Positions 1 to 12,980 of a stretch of DNA of 64,000 bases are shown piece by piece. The position numbers were made by a program, and so were the translations under genes. The stretch lies in the NCBI GenBank assembly GCA_048013815.1, contig CM106585.1, forward strand, positions 11,408,001 through 11,472,000, given 5' to 3'. Under the pieces are notes generated by a model. The model was not told the DNA's origin. It ran no database searches and saw nothing but the letters and a program-made list of their open reading frames with translations. The DNA is from Setoptus koraiensis (Eukaryota; Animalia; Arthropoda). Within the stretch, counting starts at the first letter, position 1; each line of letters begins with the position of its first letter.

Positions 1-196
1 ACGGGCCGACTGTTGTGTCATTAATATTATTGCCAGTGCTTGATTCATCCATACACATATCATGAAGCTGATTTGATATCTCCTCCATGGCTAAGGAATT
101 AGGAAATATTGCATTTGTCTGTTGCTGTTGGCCAACGGGAAACTGTGTGGTACCATCAGAAGGTGAAGTGTTAGGGGGCGAATGATGGCTAGTCAT
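1..196 (-). CDS. 5' end of an unidentified gene running off the left edge of the window (MTSHHSPPNTSPSDGTTQFPVGQQQQTNAIFPNSLAMEEISNQLHDMCMDESSTGNNINDTTVGP...)
   Basis: My own translation: ATG at 196 on the minus strand, then 65 open codons to the window edge. The S/Q/N-rich composition resembles the N-termini of the real genes here. No family motif is visible. Confidence 0.45.
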   Translation of the reverse strand, partial: MTSHHSPPNTSPSDGTTQFPVGQQQQTNAIFPNSLAMEEISNQLHDMCMDESSTGNNINDTTVGP

Positions 197-970
197 TTTC
201 ACTCACGGCTGGATGTTAAATTAAAATGAATTCATCAATCTAGACTATGAGCATAGCATCAGTTTATTCGGGCTATGAATTGAGTTCCTGATAGCTAGGC
301 GTCTTAAACTAAATTACACCATATTTTTTGAGAAGAAATGGATTGCCTCAATATCGATGGATGCCTCAAAAGAAATTAAGCATACTCCAATAAAATCGTA
401 AGTAAGTAAGACTGATGCAATTTCAACAAAAAATGAGGACTGCAGTCGTAATGCATTTGAATTCGCTTGATAGTTGGAACATCAACTAAACTGGCGCCAG
501 TTTCGAACGTACTTAATCGAATAGAATTAACAGAATGTCTGATGGAATTCTATATTGCAGAGCCTACATCAGTTAACGAACCAGTTTATACCGATAATCA
601 TTCACCAAGACATCATATACGTTTTCAATCTATTTGAGCACATTCGACAACTTTTATAAGTTTACCGAGACATCGTTAGGTGGTTAGAATAAAATATACG
701 GTGTACACAATTTGCAGCTCTATATATATCATATTTTCAATATCGATATCCATCTAAATTATACTTTCATGAAAAATAATCGAGAGAAAAGGCTGGCCGT
801 TTGTAGAGACTCCCAAGGAATCTGTTTTCATTTAATATCGAACTAAGACTTTTAATTATGTTACAAAGAATTTACTTTGAAGATATTATAGATTCAAGCA
901 ATGGACATTGGTGCGATATCTCGATCTCACAACTCCATGTAATACGCTTGAATTTCGATTTTGTCTCAAG

Positions 971-1286
971 AAAAGATTGACCAGGATTTGAGCGATTTGC
1001 ATGGCGATGAAACAGTAAGGCCTGTCGTTATCTCCTTCCGTCTATTTGGTACATCTGATATGTTCTTTGCTTGACTGCACCAGGTGCTGGAGTACTATTC
1101 GAAAGTCCCCTTGATTCGGAAATCCATTGCGCAAATGTATTTGGTTCAAATTAGGTAACAAACAGTCTGGTATGGAGAGAGTTTATAAAACTTTGGCCTC
1201 TTTCTTTCCCCATGACCCGTTTACAATATTGCGACATTTCTTCTGATTACAGAATCAATTGTTTAAAAAGTGTTCTAGTTACATAA
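971..1286 (+). pseudogene. Candidate 3' exons of an unidentified spliced gene or gene remnant, convergent with SINHCAF
   Basis: Exons 971-1014, 1084-1154 and 1253-1286 join through GT..AG introns (69 and 98 nt) with compatible phases, giving KIDQDLSDLHGDET-VLEYYSKVPLIRKSIAQMYLVQI-RINCLKSVLVT*. A diverged copy at ~28224-28545 shows several third-position changes in this frame. No start exon or family was identified. Confidence 0.3.
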
Positions 1287-1358
1287 ACATTCAACATAAA
1301 TATAAATCTATATACAACAGCAACAATAATCAACAATGACAGAAAAATTACAATTCCT

Positions 1359-3038
1359 TCAATGAGCAGTAACATTCAGACTACTACTAGTCGCGGTACT
1401 ATTGACATTATTACCATTTCCATTATTGACAGAAATGTTCGAACTAACAACCATATGGGAAGTAATACCGGGACTAGTACTCCCGATAGAGTCGGAGTTA
1501 GAACTATCACTATCTTCTACAAGCATTATACTATTGAAGGATGAACTTGCAGTGGATATGGCATCCGAATTAATAGTAGCCGATTGAAGCGGGTCAGTAG
1601 TTGTCTTTTGAGAACATTGACTTGATGATGATTCCGTATTCATGTTTAAATCATCAGTCCGAGAAATAGCCTCGGTGGCATTGATAGAGCCGGATATATT
1701 AGATGAAGTATCATCATTTGAAGAGGTAGTGGATATGCTATCGCTCAATGACGACGATGACATGGATGATTCGCCAACAGAATTTGAGCTTGTATCTTGT
1801 TTGTTGACTGTTGTTGATGGTGATGACATCATTTCTTTTAGTCGACATGAACATGGGCGCAACAATTTAGGAAATATAGCTACTTCGTCATTAAGGCCCC
1901 GGAATATTATCCCACAGCAAATTTTTTCTTTCTTCCATAATGCCATGTCAAGAAACGATGTTATCTTGGAACTATCAGAAGATTTTCTTCTTGATCTATT
2001 ACCAATATTAGTGGTTGACAGTACTGTTCCACAAATCGACTCATTGGGACGAAATTGCTGACTAGATGTATCTGGTGCTTGACCAGAGGAGGATGTGTGA
2101 GACCAAGAGTTTGAGTATGATGCTTTCTTGGCCATTCTTGACGAAAATCTCAATTGTTGTTGTTGTTGTTGTTGTTTGTGTATTGCACTATGTTGTTCGT
2201 CAATATTTGAAACATCTCCTCCGCCACTTCTATATCTACAACTATACAAGGGTTTTCTTTTGCTCCTATTATTGATATTTCTGGCATTGTTATCAATTTC
2301 CAGATCGTCATCATCATCATCGTCGATATTGTTTAAATTCGAATGTGAGGTATTTGTCATAACACAATCATTATAGACATCCACTGTACCGGTAGTTGGA
2401 GTTCTTTTATATCTATTCAAAATAATATCGGTATACTTGCTAGTGTTATTGCTATTGGCAGTTAGTAATTGCTTATTGCTGTTGTCGTTGTCAGTGTTAG
2501 ATAAATTATTGGAGGCCTTCTTTTGTCCAAATCGCTTACTCAAGCTACTTTTGAGCTCATGGCCAGTGTCATCATCTTCTTCATCTTCGCCTACTTCACA
2601 ATGGCGATTTACTTCGAATTTCGAAGACGAAAGATATGTCAGCTTGTTGGTATTGGATTTACTTTGTCTGCCGACACCGTTGTAAGTACGATTTTCGCGA
2701 CTCATTGACACGTTTGAAGACGATTGTCCATTTTGTTGTCGTTGGTTGTGTTGTTGTTTGGTCAAGGAAGATTTTGTTCCTGGTCCAGCTCGTGCATCGA
2801 CAACATGATGCCAGTTTTTAACGCACCTGTTCTCTGGAGATAACTTCTTCCAACGTTTGACAAGTAAAACACAAGCATTACATATTTCACCCGATCGTTT
2901 CTCTTGGATCTTGAAGCATCTCTCAAATTCAGCTTCGTATTTTTTGCTATCAGTAAATCTAGAGCTGGATGATTTTGCTTTGCAAATGCAACAACCAGAT
3001 AACGATCTGTATATTTTTGGCTTGTGAAAGCTAAACAT
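1359..3038 (-). CDS. SINHCAF: SIN3-HDAC complex-associated factor (FAM60A family), copy 1, single exon, 559 aa from the ATG at 3038
   Basis: The N-terminus MFSFHKPKIYRSLSGCCICKAKSSSSRFTDSKKYEAEFERCF...GEICNACVLLVKRWKKL...WHHVVDARAGPG is the FAM60A signature, and WKKEKICCGIIFRG is the conserved C-terminal block. The track ORF (to 3086) begins at a non-ATG codon. Confidence 0.95.
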   Translation of the reverse strand: MFSFHKPKIYRSLSGCCICKAKSSSSRFTDSKKYEAEFERCFKIQEKRSGEICNACVLLVKRWKKLSPENRCVKNWHHVVDARAGPGTKSSLTKQQHNQRQQNGQSSSNVSMSRENRTYNGVGRQSKSNTNKLTYLSSSKFEVNRHCEVGEDEEDDDTGHELKSSLSKRFGQKKASNNLSNTDNDNSNKQLLTANSNNTSKYTDIILNRYKRTPTTGTVDVYNDCVMTNTSHSNLNNIDDDDDDDLEIDNNARNINNRSKRKPLYSCRYRSGGGDVSNIDEQHSAIHKQQQQQQQLRFSSRMAKKASYSNSWSHTSSSGQAPDTSSQQFRPNESICGTVLSTTNIGNRSRRKSSDSSKITSFLDMALWKKEKICCGIIFRGLNDEVAIFPKLLRPCSCRLKEMMSSPSTTVNKQDTSSNSVGESSMSSSSLSDSISTTSSNDDTSSNISGSINATEAISRTDDLNMNTESSSSQCSQKTTTDPLQSATINSDAISTASSSFNSIMLVEDSDSSNSDSIGSTSPGITSHMVVSSNISVNNGNGNNVNSTATSSSLNVTAH

Positions 3039-5778
3039 TTTGCTCTCTATTATTTGTTCACTTGGATTATTTTGTAGGCGCCTCACGAGGCTTTAGAGCA
3101 AATAACAAGTGTGCTGTATGTTGTCGTCGACAAACAAGTAAACAACTTATCCGATGTATCTAGTATGTCTAATGATGCTATCATTCAGCGTGGTAATGAT
3201 TATGATTTGACCTAATTTTTCTCTATGTCCGTTCAATCTGTTTTGCAAAGATGACAGTGAGGAGTGTAAATATATTTCCTATGAAAACTGTTTGGAATTG
3301 TTATCACCTGTTCACTTTTTCTTGGTCTATTCTGTATCCATTCGATTTTTGAAATTCTGATTGAGGCATAGTAGTTTCTCTTTGCATACTTGTACTTTTT
3401 CGTTCGATCAGTCAATGAATGTCTTATAAATAAGAGTGTATGTTTTATTCTTGCTTAAATTATGTTTCGATAAGTTTTGAGGACCTCAGTTCTGAAGCCA
3501 AATGATCAATCACTGACGCTCAATGATGAAAATGCTTCGATGAGGAGTTTGCTAGTGTCTATTTATGTTGTTGGTTGATAGCATATGCATCAATCAACCA
3601 TATGGATATATATATTCTATCTCAGTTTGTTTGCTTGTACATGCTGAACTAAATTTAGTCGAGGAATTTTTTCAATGATATGATTTGCTTTTTTTGCTTG
3701 TAACTACTTGGATTTATGCTCTTATCAAACCTGTATTCACTTTTGGCAAGTCAATGGACAACTCACCAGCAAAGTTTGTTTGATTTTGCTTATACGAATC
3801 ACTGCTTCACCTGAATCAACACACTCTTTTGATATGAGTTACGGTTTAATAATTAATGATATGTTTGCTTTGTTATTGATTGTCTTCATAGAATTTGAGG
3901 TGACAGGGCTGTGGATAAATGTTGTAGACGAGGCATAATTTTGGATTCAATATTTGTTTACGTGTGTTTTATGTGTGCTGATTGTTATTACAATATAAAT
4001 CTATCCAAATAATATGCATTAATGAAGATTCGTTATGATAAATTGACAAGTATTGTTACCGCGATGTTCATAAGTAAATGATAAGTTGAAATGGGGTTAG
4101 TGAATCAAGTTATTTTTGTTTGTTGTTTATCACATTTATATGTTGTTATTGTTGTTGTTCAGAGGAGAGGATGGAGAGTAGAATAGTTTTATCATCGTGT
4201 GTACAATTATGTCCAAGTATTGCAATTGATCATGCGTTTGTACTCTAACAGTCCCTCGAGAGAAGATTTAGAAATATAATTTGTTTGTGAGAGAGAGAGA
4301 GAGAGAGAGAGAGAAAGAAATGTCGTTACGTAAGAGCACAATCTCTTAATGAGTTTGCTGATCTGCTGCATATACTAATGTCGTCATTACTATATTACGG
4401 TTTTTGTGAAAACCATCCCATCTCGATCATGCAATTAAGTGGAACTACGCGAGACACGATTCGTCTTTGTGCGTTCGTCTGTGTTTCCTAAATGTTTTGT
4501 TTGTCGTAAAAGTTTATTATAGTTGTCATGTTCCGAAGCCAATAATATGACATCATGAAGCAACAACAACGCGCGTATCAACCTGATGACAATGACAACA
4601 ACAACAACTATGACGATAACAAAACAAAAACAACAGTTGACGATAGTGTCAGAAGTATCAAACTATTATGCAAGCGTTCTTATCTCTCTCCTTGCAGATT
4701 TCCTGATCAGTGGATCAAACCGAGAGAGTTATAGCCCACCACTATTTATAAATTGGCTATCAATATCTGTGTGCGTGTGTGTGTGTGTGTTCTGTGCTGT
4801 CGGAAATATTATAGTGCAACCACTGATTATAGAATAAGTTTTTCTAATATCGAGGTTACCATCACTGGTTGCTGGTGACAGCCTTCAATGTCATCGTGTG
4901 GCAAGATGGCATGTCATATATTGATAATGGTCTAATCGAATAGATTTGTGGTATCGCGCAACATCATCAAATTTAGTTAGTTAGTGTCGAGCTACAGGAT
5001 ATTATTAGTATTAGGTAGATTTTCATATAAATTGATAATAATTTGATACGAGTTTTGCATTATTAATGCACATCTTGTGCATCGACTAGGTTGTCTTTTA
5101 AACACACAATGAGTTGACACATCCTCTCTCTCTCTCTCGTCAGATATAATGTATGTCAGCTTATATTCATTATCGCTTATATGTTTTTTTTAACACATTT
5201 ATAATAATATAATGTAGAGATATAAGCAGCTAGAGTGCATCTAGAATTGCAGCAGATAGCAGATTGTGGACGTCATTTCATCACGCTTATTTTGTTGTGT
5301 TGGCTTTGCTCGTTGGCTGTCTCGCATAAGCTCACAGTTGTTTGCCCGGTCTCTCGCTTGAAATTATTGCAGATATTGTGATAGTTCACGCTAGCATCTA
5401 GCTTGGCAGCAGAGCCTCAATTATACTGCATATTTGCACACACAGATACACATACACACATACACACAGGCACTGTGGCTGTTATTAACTTATTAATTTA
5501 CCATCGAGACAATCCGAAGCATGTAGCTGAGCTATGGCTGAATTTCAGCTTAATTGTGACTGCGAAACATAGTGTCTGCCAATGTTGGTATGCATCTATT
5601 ATCTTGATCGTCTGATACGTCGCCGTTTTGTATCTGGAAGCAAGAGTTTTTGCTAACCAGCATTACGAGGCAACGGCTGCCGTTGGGTGCTGCTCATGTC
5701 AGCCAATGTAGACTTTGTTTGATGATTGATGTTTGGATGCATTCGTCACAGTTGTTCTATTTGGGCACTAAATCAGCG

Positions 5779-5789
<11 letters not shown>

Positions 5790-5849
<60 letters not shown>
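5790..5849. repeat. Compound (CT)n(CA)n microsatellite
   Basis: Read directly from the sequence. Confidence 0.95.
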
Positions 5850-5857
5850 TCACTCAA

Positions 5858-6372
5858 TCTATTACTGATTCGGCTGATTTGACTGATGAAACAACAACAA
5901 CAACGACAACTGTATCGATCGATAATAGTAATTGTTTCATCACCGCAGACTGGCATTTCTGGCTTGGCGTTGGAGCCTTGGAAAGCTAAACAGACAGACG
6001 AGATGCCAAATGTGTGTGCCTCTGATACTGTTGTCAACTTGTTGATCGTGTGCAAATCTATCAATTTTGGCACTTTGCCTATGGACACTTACCCTTGTAT
6101 TAGTGTGCTAATTACTGACTGATTGATGCTCGCTGCTTCGATGCTTGTTGACAATTTTCTACAATCTTTCAATTTATTTCTTGAACGTTTCGTATCGTCT
6201 CTTGAATTTCAATCTTGCGTCGTTTTCAGTCTTGCTGCTGGTGTGTTCACTGAGCATCTACGAATAGTTGATTAGGCTGAATTTTGTGCGAGTTTTGTTA
6301 TGCTGCGATGGTGCCTCCTATCTGTTGCTTGTTGTTGTCGCACCAACTTAATTGTGTGCCTCTAATTGATCC
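5858..6372 (+). repeat. 515-bp block identical to 22428-22942
   Basis: In a line-by-line comparison at offset 16570 I found no mismatch until 6373/22943. Weaker similarity continues to ~6490/23060. Confidence 0.9.
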
Positions 6373-6670
6373 GCCAATGTTTGTTTATAATATAAAAATT
6401 GCTGCTTATGGCATTAATAATTACAGAAGCAATAATCCTTTCGAATGGTAGCCAGGTAGTAAAATGATGATAGCAATCAAGAAAAATATTATAATTTAAA
6501 TAGCGAATTGTAAATTGGTGGTTGTTGCTTGGCCAAGATTGCAAACGTAACTGCTCATCGGTGTTGTGTTGCCGCCGTTGCTTGGCCGTTGTTCGCCGTT
6601 CACAGTTAGTAGCAGTTCGCTCAGTGTGTCTGTGTGTCAGCGGATCGAATTTTTGAGTCTACGAGCGAGC

Positions 6671-6709
<39 letters not shown>

Positions 6710-7426
6710 TGTGTGAACGGCAGCGCATTCATTCGAAAATCGAACTATCCAACTTTTTCTCTCCCTCTCTGATGGCGACTTATGTGCGCACACAATGCGA
6801 CGCACAGACAGACACTCACAAACATACGCTGCTGATACACAAACATACACGCCGAGAGCGACAGAGGCTCAGACAAAGGGGGGTGAGCGAGCCATTGAGT
6901 GGCTCGCCAGCGTTCAGTGCCGTTATCTACCTCGCAACTCTTGCCTCCAATGATGCTGCTAGCATTGTCAGTATGCGCTCAATAGTTGATACTTTTCTCT
7001 ATCTCCGCACTTCAGCTCCAACCGACTCGGCTCGACTCAACTCACACACACACACACACACACACACACGGCGCACACAAACTGCATGCATGCAGTTGGC
7101 GTGCGTTGTGCTGGATAGACGGCAGCACACCTTACACAAATTCTTCGCCTATCCAGTTCTCTGCGCTCGCAGACCCTGTTGCTGGCGCTGTTCGCTCTTG
7201 TGCGCCGTCTGGCTACGCTGTGCCCGCCAATGTGCGGTTGCAGCTCGCAACGATGGTAACTGTCTCTAATTTGCTCCACTCTGTCCCCGGCTAGACACAC
7301 CAATTCTTACTACAGATTCTGTAGTACAGATTCTGTGGACTCTGCACAGGCTAGCGGAGAGATATTGCACCAGTTTACATCTGGCCGCTGTTATTTATTG
7401 TTGTTGTTGTAGCGCTCTCTTGCGAG

Positions 7427-7428
<2 letters not shown>

Positions 7429-7492
<64 letters not shown>
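7429..7492. repeat. (CA)n microsatellite
   Basis: Read directly from the sequence. Confidence 0.95.
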
Positions 7493-7494
<2 letters not shown>

Positions 7495-8875
7495 CCATGT
7501 GATGATGCAAGTTTGCTGCTCATACACAAGTTGTTTTTTGCCCTCTCTCTCTCTATGCGTTTGTATGGATGCGTTTTCATGTTGCCTCCAAAGCAAGATC
7601 GCAAGATAGCTTGTAGATCCCCGGTATAAATGGTGTGCATATAGAATCGCAAGAGAGTGAGCGAGCCAATCATCGCTTACACTGATTATGTGTTTAACTG
7701 CTGGCACACACAACAACTGCGATGCTCTCAAGCTACTGACCTCAATTCGCTTCATGTGTGTTGTGTTGCGCTGCTGTGCTGTTGCGAGCGGCTTTTGAGT
7801 CTAACTCACCGACCGATTCTGTCAAAAGAGAGAATCTTATTCAACACACACACACACACACACACATGCGACTGTGAGACCGCCAGGTGAGACCAGACTT
7901 ACTCAATTTAGTTGTAATAATAACTTACAAATAATGACTGAGCTTCACTGTTAGCTCCAGAGTAGTTGCGCTGAGTCGAGGCCTGGGGGCGCTCATCGGT
8001 GTCGATAGGTGAGCGCCGCCATCACACAGCAGTCACTCAATAAATATTGTTACTGCCAATAAAAACAACAATTTATCGATACACCGCGCAAGCTCCACAA
8101 TGGGTTGTGTGACGCTCGAAGCGTCCCCTTTGCCACATTTAACACAACTAATGTCGAGCCTGGTTGTATGTAGTGTACACATCACATGATCACTAGTAGT
8201 ATGTTAAGGTCTAGTTGTAGCTTTCGACAATGAGAAATTGAATGTAAATCTTGGCCAGATTGCCATTTAATTGAAGTGTACACTGTGTATATTGCACACT
8301 GATGTTGTTGCTGTTGCTGTTGGTTAAAATAAAACTGTGTGTGTTTGCGGTGATGATCTCTCTATTATTATTGAATCATCAATAATGCAGTATACGCCAG
8401 CGCTCACCTGGCAAACATAAACACAATGGCACACACATTGATCCGACATGAAATGCCATCGATCATGAGACCCTCAAAGTTGTTTTCTCTTGTTTTGATC
8501 TAGCAGCTCGACACACACTGACATATTCTCATTGTTATTCACCTCTATCGCTCTCTGTAGTGCAGCTCGCAGCTAGTCAACAAGTGGCGTGTTGCTGCTG
8601 CCCAGATTCTATTAAACGCCAAGCGTGGAGTAGCGGTGTAACGGAAGCGCAAAGCGGGGTGCTCAATTTATTGGCTCAAGTAAGCGAAGAATTATGAGCG
8701 GTGGCATTAGTGGTAGCATTGATTATGGCAGCGGCGGCGAGCGCACATGTTGCACTTGAGGCAAACCTCAGCAGCTAAAATGCGGCAGCTCGAGAGACAA
8801 TTTTGTGTCAAAACAACTACCCAGCCAAATGTATGACATCTTATCTAGAGTTGAGTTCGCTTGACCAAGCTCAAA

Positions 8876-8913
<38 letters not shown>

Positions 8914-11900
8914 TGCTAGTGGTGCGCTGCTTCTCGAGTTGCCACTAGCGAGCCTGATCGCCGCCGAGAACGGATAAAGGGGGTGCATGTGATGCATGGA
9001 TAATTACTGGAGCAACAGCAACACATTAGAGTAACGGCGATGACGGCCCCGAGCTATTTGTTGCAACAGCGTTGAACGAACGAACCAAGATATGATCAAT
9101 TCTGCTTCTCTTCAATCATGTTGAATCATGGCCGCCTTGCGCAGCTGTCTGTATAGCGTGTTTGTATGTATGTCATAGATACAGGGCAGCAGGGAGTTTC
9201 CACTGCTTGTCCACTTTGATATACCACTGCTGGCCTAAGTGGCGCTAACCAACCACCCATCCACCCTGATGTGTATACATTGGTTCAGGTGAAATCTGTT
9301 CTGTTCAAATAGACGCTCAAATCATCACCAAGTATAGTATTTTAGCTCTATTTGTTGTCTCCTTCTTCGCTACTGGTGTTGTTGTTGTTGAAATATCATA
9401 CTATACTGTTGCAATGTCGGCACAGCCAGTTTAGACGACCATGGCGAGCTGCATCAAATCGCTTTCTAGCCCTACAACTGACTGGCTGGCTGGCTGATGT
9501 TTGTGCGAAGTGGCCGTCGTTACGGCCTGCACTGAACCACTGAACCGTGATGAGTATCGATGATCACAATACATCAGTTACAGTATACAGTGCTTGGCAC
9601 TAGCTAGTGGCAACAGTGTATACATGTAATCGCCAGACTATTTTCTTCGGGCTAGCCGGCCGGCAAACCAACCGACGAGTGAGCCCAATCGAGCTAGCCG
9701 CAGCGGGTTTAATGAACTATACATATGTTCGCATATCATTAACTATTGGCCTGGCTATTGATGCAACGTTGTCGACTGATAAAGTCCATCATCGGCATGT
9801 CACCATTTTGCATCATACACACACCAAACAACAATGTTGTGCTGGCTGTGCACCATGGTCGGCTAACAGTTTCACATGTTGCCTAATGACAAATTCGTGT
9901 TGAATATGCTATGTTTTAGCAATAATAATAACAAATTTGTGTGTGTGTGTGTGTGCTCTAATTGGTAAATTGTTTTCTCACATTCGCTCAATACTATAGC
10001 TGGCTCGCATGAAGTAGTTGCGGCTGTAATAACTAGATTGAGAATGCATCTTCTTCCGTCTTTTTGTCATACATCGCTCGCCATAGTCATACTTGCCGGT
10101 AGCATAAATGACAGCCAAACGACAGTGCAATCGCTAGCAAAGCTAGTGATGCAGTTTGTGTGGCAGCAGTAGCGCTAGCAAAGTGAGACAAGACTAATTA
10201 TTGTTGCAACTGCTGCCTCTTTCTCTCAAAACACTGACGCAGCCGCACTGATGATAACGGGAGCCTTCATCACCTTGGCACATAAAGAGGTTACTGTCGA
10301 TGATGTCGCTTCCTTTGATTGCTCGCTTGTCACACACGATTGTCAGTTAGGGCAACTGTGTGACAAGCGTCACCGACGCCTGCCACTGGCCCACGACCAA
10401 ACAACCCTGGGCTCCATGAGATTTGTCATGAGCTTTGAGATTGTGAAAGCTTGCCAGTGAGAGCTTATGAGACAGATTATAAGTGTGTGTTGTTGTATCG
10501 GCGCTATTGACAAACAGAAACAGGGAAACAGCAAGAGGAAAGACAGAAATTGCGAGTTGTCGTTTAGTGGCGCGTCGAGCATAGTGATGGCGCACGGCAA
10601 CTACGACGACGTCGATGACAGCGAAAACGGCCGACACATACTAGTACACATACACATAATAAACTCACTGTGTCTTGTGAATCGGGCATCGCATGTCGAA
10701 ATGTCAGTGTATTATTGTTATTACTCGTTGTCGTTCTTATTATTATGCAGCCGTTATGTTAGATAGCAGCAATTGCATCATTTGCTGATACCGACTGTTT
10801 GTTAATTGAGGTACGATATTGCGATAGCGGCTCATAATGGCAATGTGATTCAGCTGAGTCGACGAGTGAGCTAACTGTCACTTGTATTATATATTATAAT
10901 TGCTGTATAAATACTCTGACCATACATGCAACGAGCCACAACTGTCACCTGTGTGCCTGCTAGTTGCTTTAACGACAATTGACTTTATTAGTCGAACGCA
11001 CACACACGAAAATGTGCACGTTTTAAGCTCGACGCTAATGCAAATTAAACTGACTGTCAGACTGTTTGCTGACTGCGCACATTGGCAACAGGCACCTGTT
11101 TATTATGCAGTCTTATGATTGCTATTATATATCATTACATATGCATTGTTGCCAGCGATAGCCATAACAACAACAACAACAACCACTGTCACTACTGCTA
11201 AAACAGCGCCAACAACAACAACGACAACAGCGCCAGCAAGTCATGGCCACCATCAGGACAGCCATACACATAGACGCACAGGTGAGCCAGACGCACAGGT
11301 GAGGGGCAGGCGTGTCCGTTAGTGTGCGTAGGAGCGCACGTTTGACCTTGAACAAAATCATAGCCAGAGTGTGTGTGTGTGTGTGTCGAAAGTGTTGCCA
11401 GAGCCTTGAACGAGCGAAACAAACACACACAGACAAAAACTGACAATGTTAGCGGATAGCGGTGCAGCAATCAGTGCAACGAAACCAAGTATAATTGTCG
11501 TTGCTTTTGAGAATTGTCTCGCTCTGTCTTGTCGTTATCTGTCTTTGTCTTTGGTCATGTCGCCTGGGCCTTGTGCTATCGCATCTTTGGCATCTATGAC
11601 GCGCATTATAGCGACGCGTATGTGTAACAATGGCAATCATAAATCTCTCGTCGTATCATCATCGGTCTATATCTGATGATAGATACACACAAACCAGACG
11701 ATACATGTACGATCCTGAGCACAGCAAGACAAAAGGTTTGCGTTGCCGAGCACTTTCGCTTTGTTTTGTTGCAGACATATAATAATATTATTATTAATAA
11801 GGTGAAACAGAGTGCGCCACTAACGAGCCCACAAGCTAATCAGGCGACTGGCTCACTGGCTGATAGGTTGAACTTCCTGTGTTACACACGGTATAAGCGG

Positions 11901-12980
11901 TTATTCTTTGACAAGTTGCTGCATTTGAAATGGCAGTGAAACGTCATCCCACGCATGTAGGTCAGCATTCACTACGTTTGTGTGTGTGTGTGGTGCGCAT
12001 TGGTTAGATACACATCTGGCAGTATCACATGAGCTGGCCTCGCCACAATATCTATCTGCTGTTTTGTTGTCAGCCGGCAAGTATCATTACTTCACGCTGA
12101 TATAAATAGACACATATGGCACTAGTGTCGGCAGTACAGTAATATTAGTATTATTAGTGGCTTTTCGCCCGTTGCAACATTGCAATGGGTAAAAAATATG
12201 CAATAAATGGATATGTGTGTGTTATATCGCATGCCAGCCAACAAACAGCTCACACGCAAATGCTACGAGGATTGTTGTTGTTGTTGTTGTTCAGTAAAGC
12301 GAACGCGCTGAACGCAACAAAGTATCTGTATTGCGCCATTGTCATTCGCAAGATAGAGATAGCGAGCTGATTGATCCAAAATAAATATACACTCGAGCAG
12401 CGGCAGCAGAAACAATGTTATTGCCATCGCGACACACACATGCTATATGTTACAGTTTGAGGCACCCGCTGATATCAGTTGGCGTCGGCCATAGCTGTCG
12501 CTAGATCCATCCCGACGCACACACACACACACACAATAATAGCAATATCTTGCCGCAACCTTGACGCCGAGACACTTACTACTAGATCAACAAACGCAAC
12601 AAAGGGGTGATACCCACAAACAAAAACACTGTCACAATCCATCATATGTGAGGCGCCTTGATTGAACATGTGTTTGTATGTACAGCCAGTTATGCCAGAT
12701 AATTCACTAACAACAAAATTGTTTGTAAATTACTGTATGTCTAACTAAATGGAGCTTGCCACTGGCACTAACAAGCTAACTTCATACATATTTGTTTGTA
12801 TTTTTGCCACACACGTATGCACCGACGGCCATACGTCAGACGTGGGCCAATCCAATCCAATCCAAAGCGATGCGATAGCGCTAGCATGGTGACACAAAAT
12901 TAGATAAGTGTCAGCCAGTTATAAAGTCAGCCAACACGATTGGCCTTTGGCGACACCGATTGCACCGAGGCGCGTCCTGT

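Larger units (their letters stand above)
971..3420 (+). repeat. Segmental duplication unit, copy 1 (partner ~28224-30677, same orientation, ~27.26 kb away)
   Basis: Direct alignment by eye: the CDS is nearly identical and the flanks are progressively more diverged. Similarity ends at 'tcaatgaa' (3419/30677). Confidence 0.9.

Noticed and set aside
1072-1074. In-frame TGA conserved in both duplicates (also 28336-28338), suggesting selenocysteine
   Set aside because: It falls in a branch-point/acceptor context (ttgactgcaccag) and is better explained as intron; there is no CxxU/UxxC motif and I could not identify a SECIS.
3039-3086. 16-aa N-terminal extension of SINHCAF in the ORF track (both copies)
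   Set aside because: It starts at a non-ATG codon, the family begins at MFSFHKPK, and the only amino-acid difference between copies lies in this extension.
5768-6122. Duplicated small ORFs (106/78 aa, repeated at 22296-22692)
   Set aside because: Their recurrence reflects the identical DNA block; they run into microsatellites, overlap on opposite strands and show no domain.
10424-10452. TGAGATTGTGAAAGCT, resembling bantam miRNA
   Set aside because: The seed is broken (CAT missing) and only a 6-bp mini-hairpin forms, not a ~60-nt precursor.
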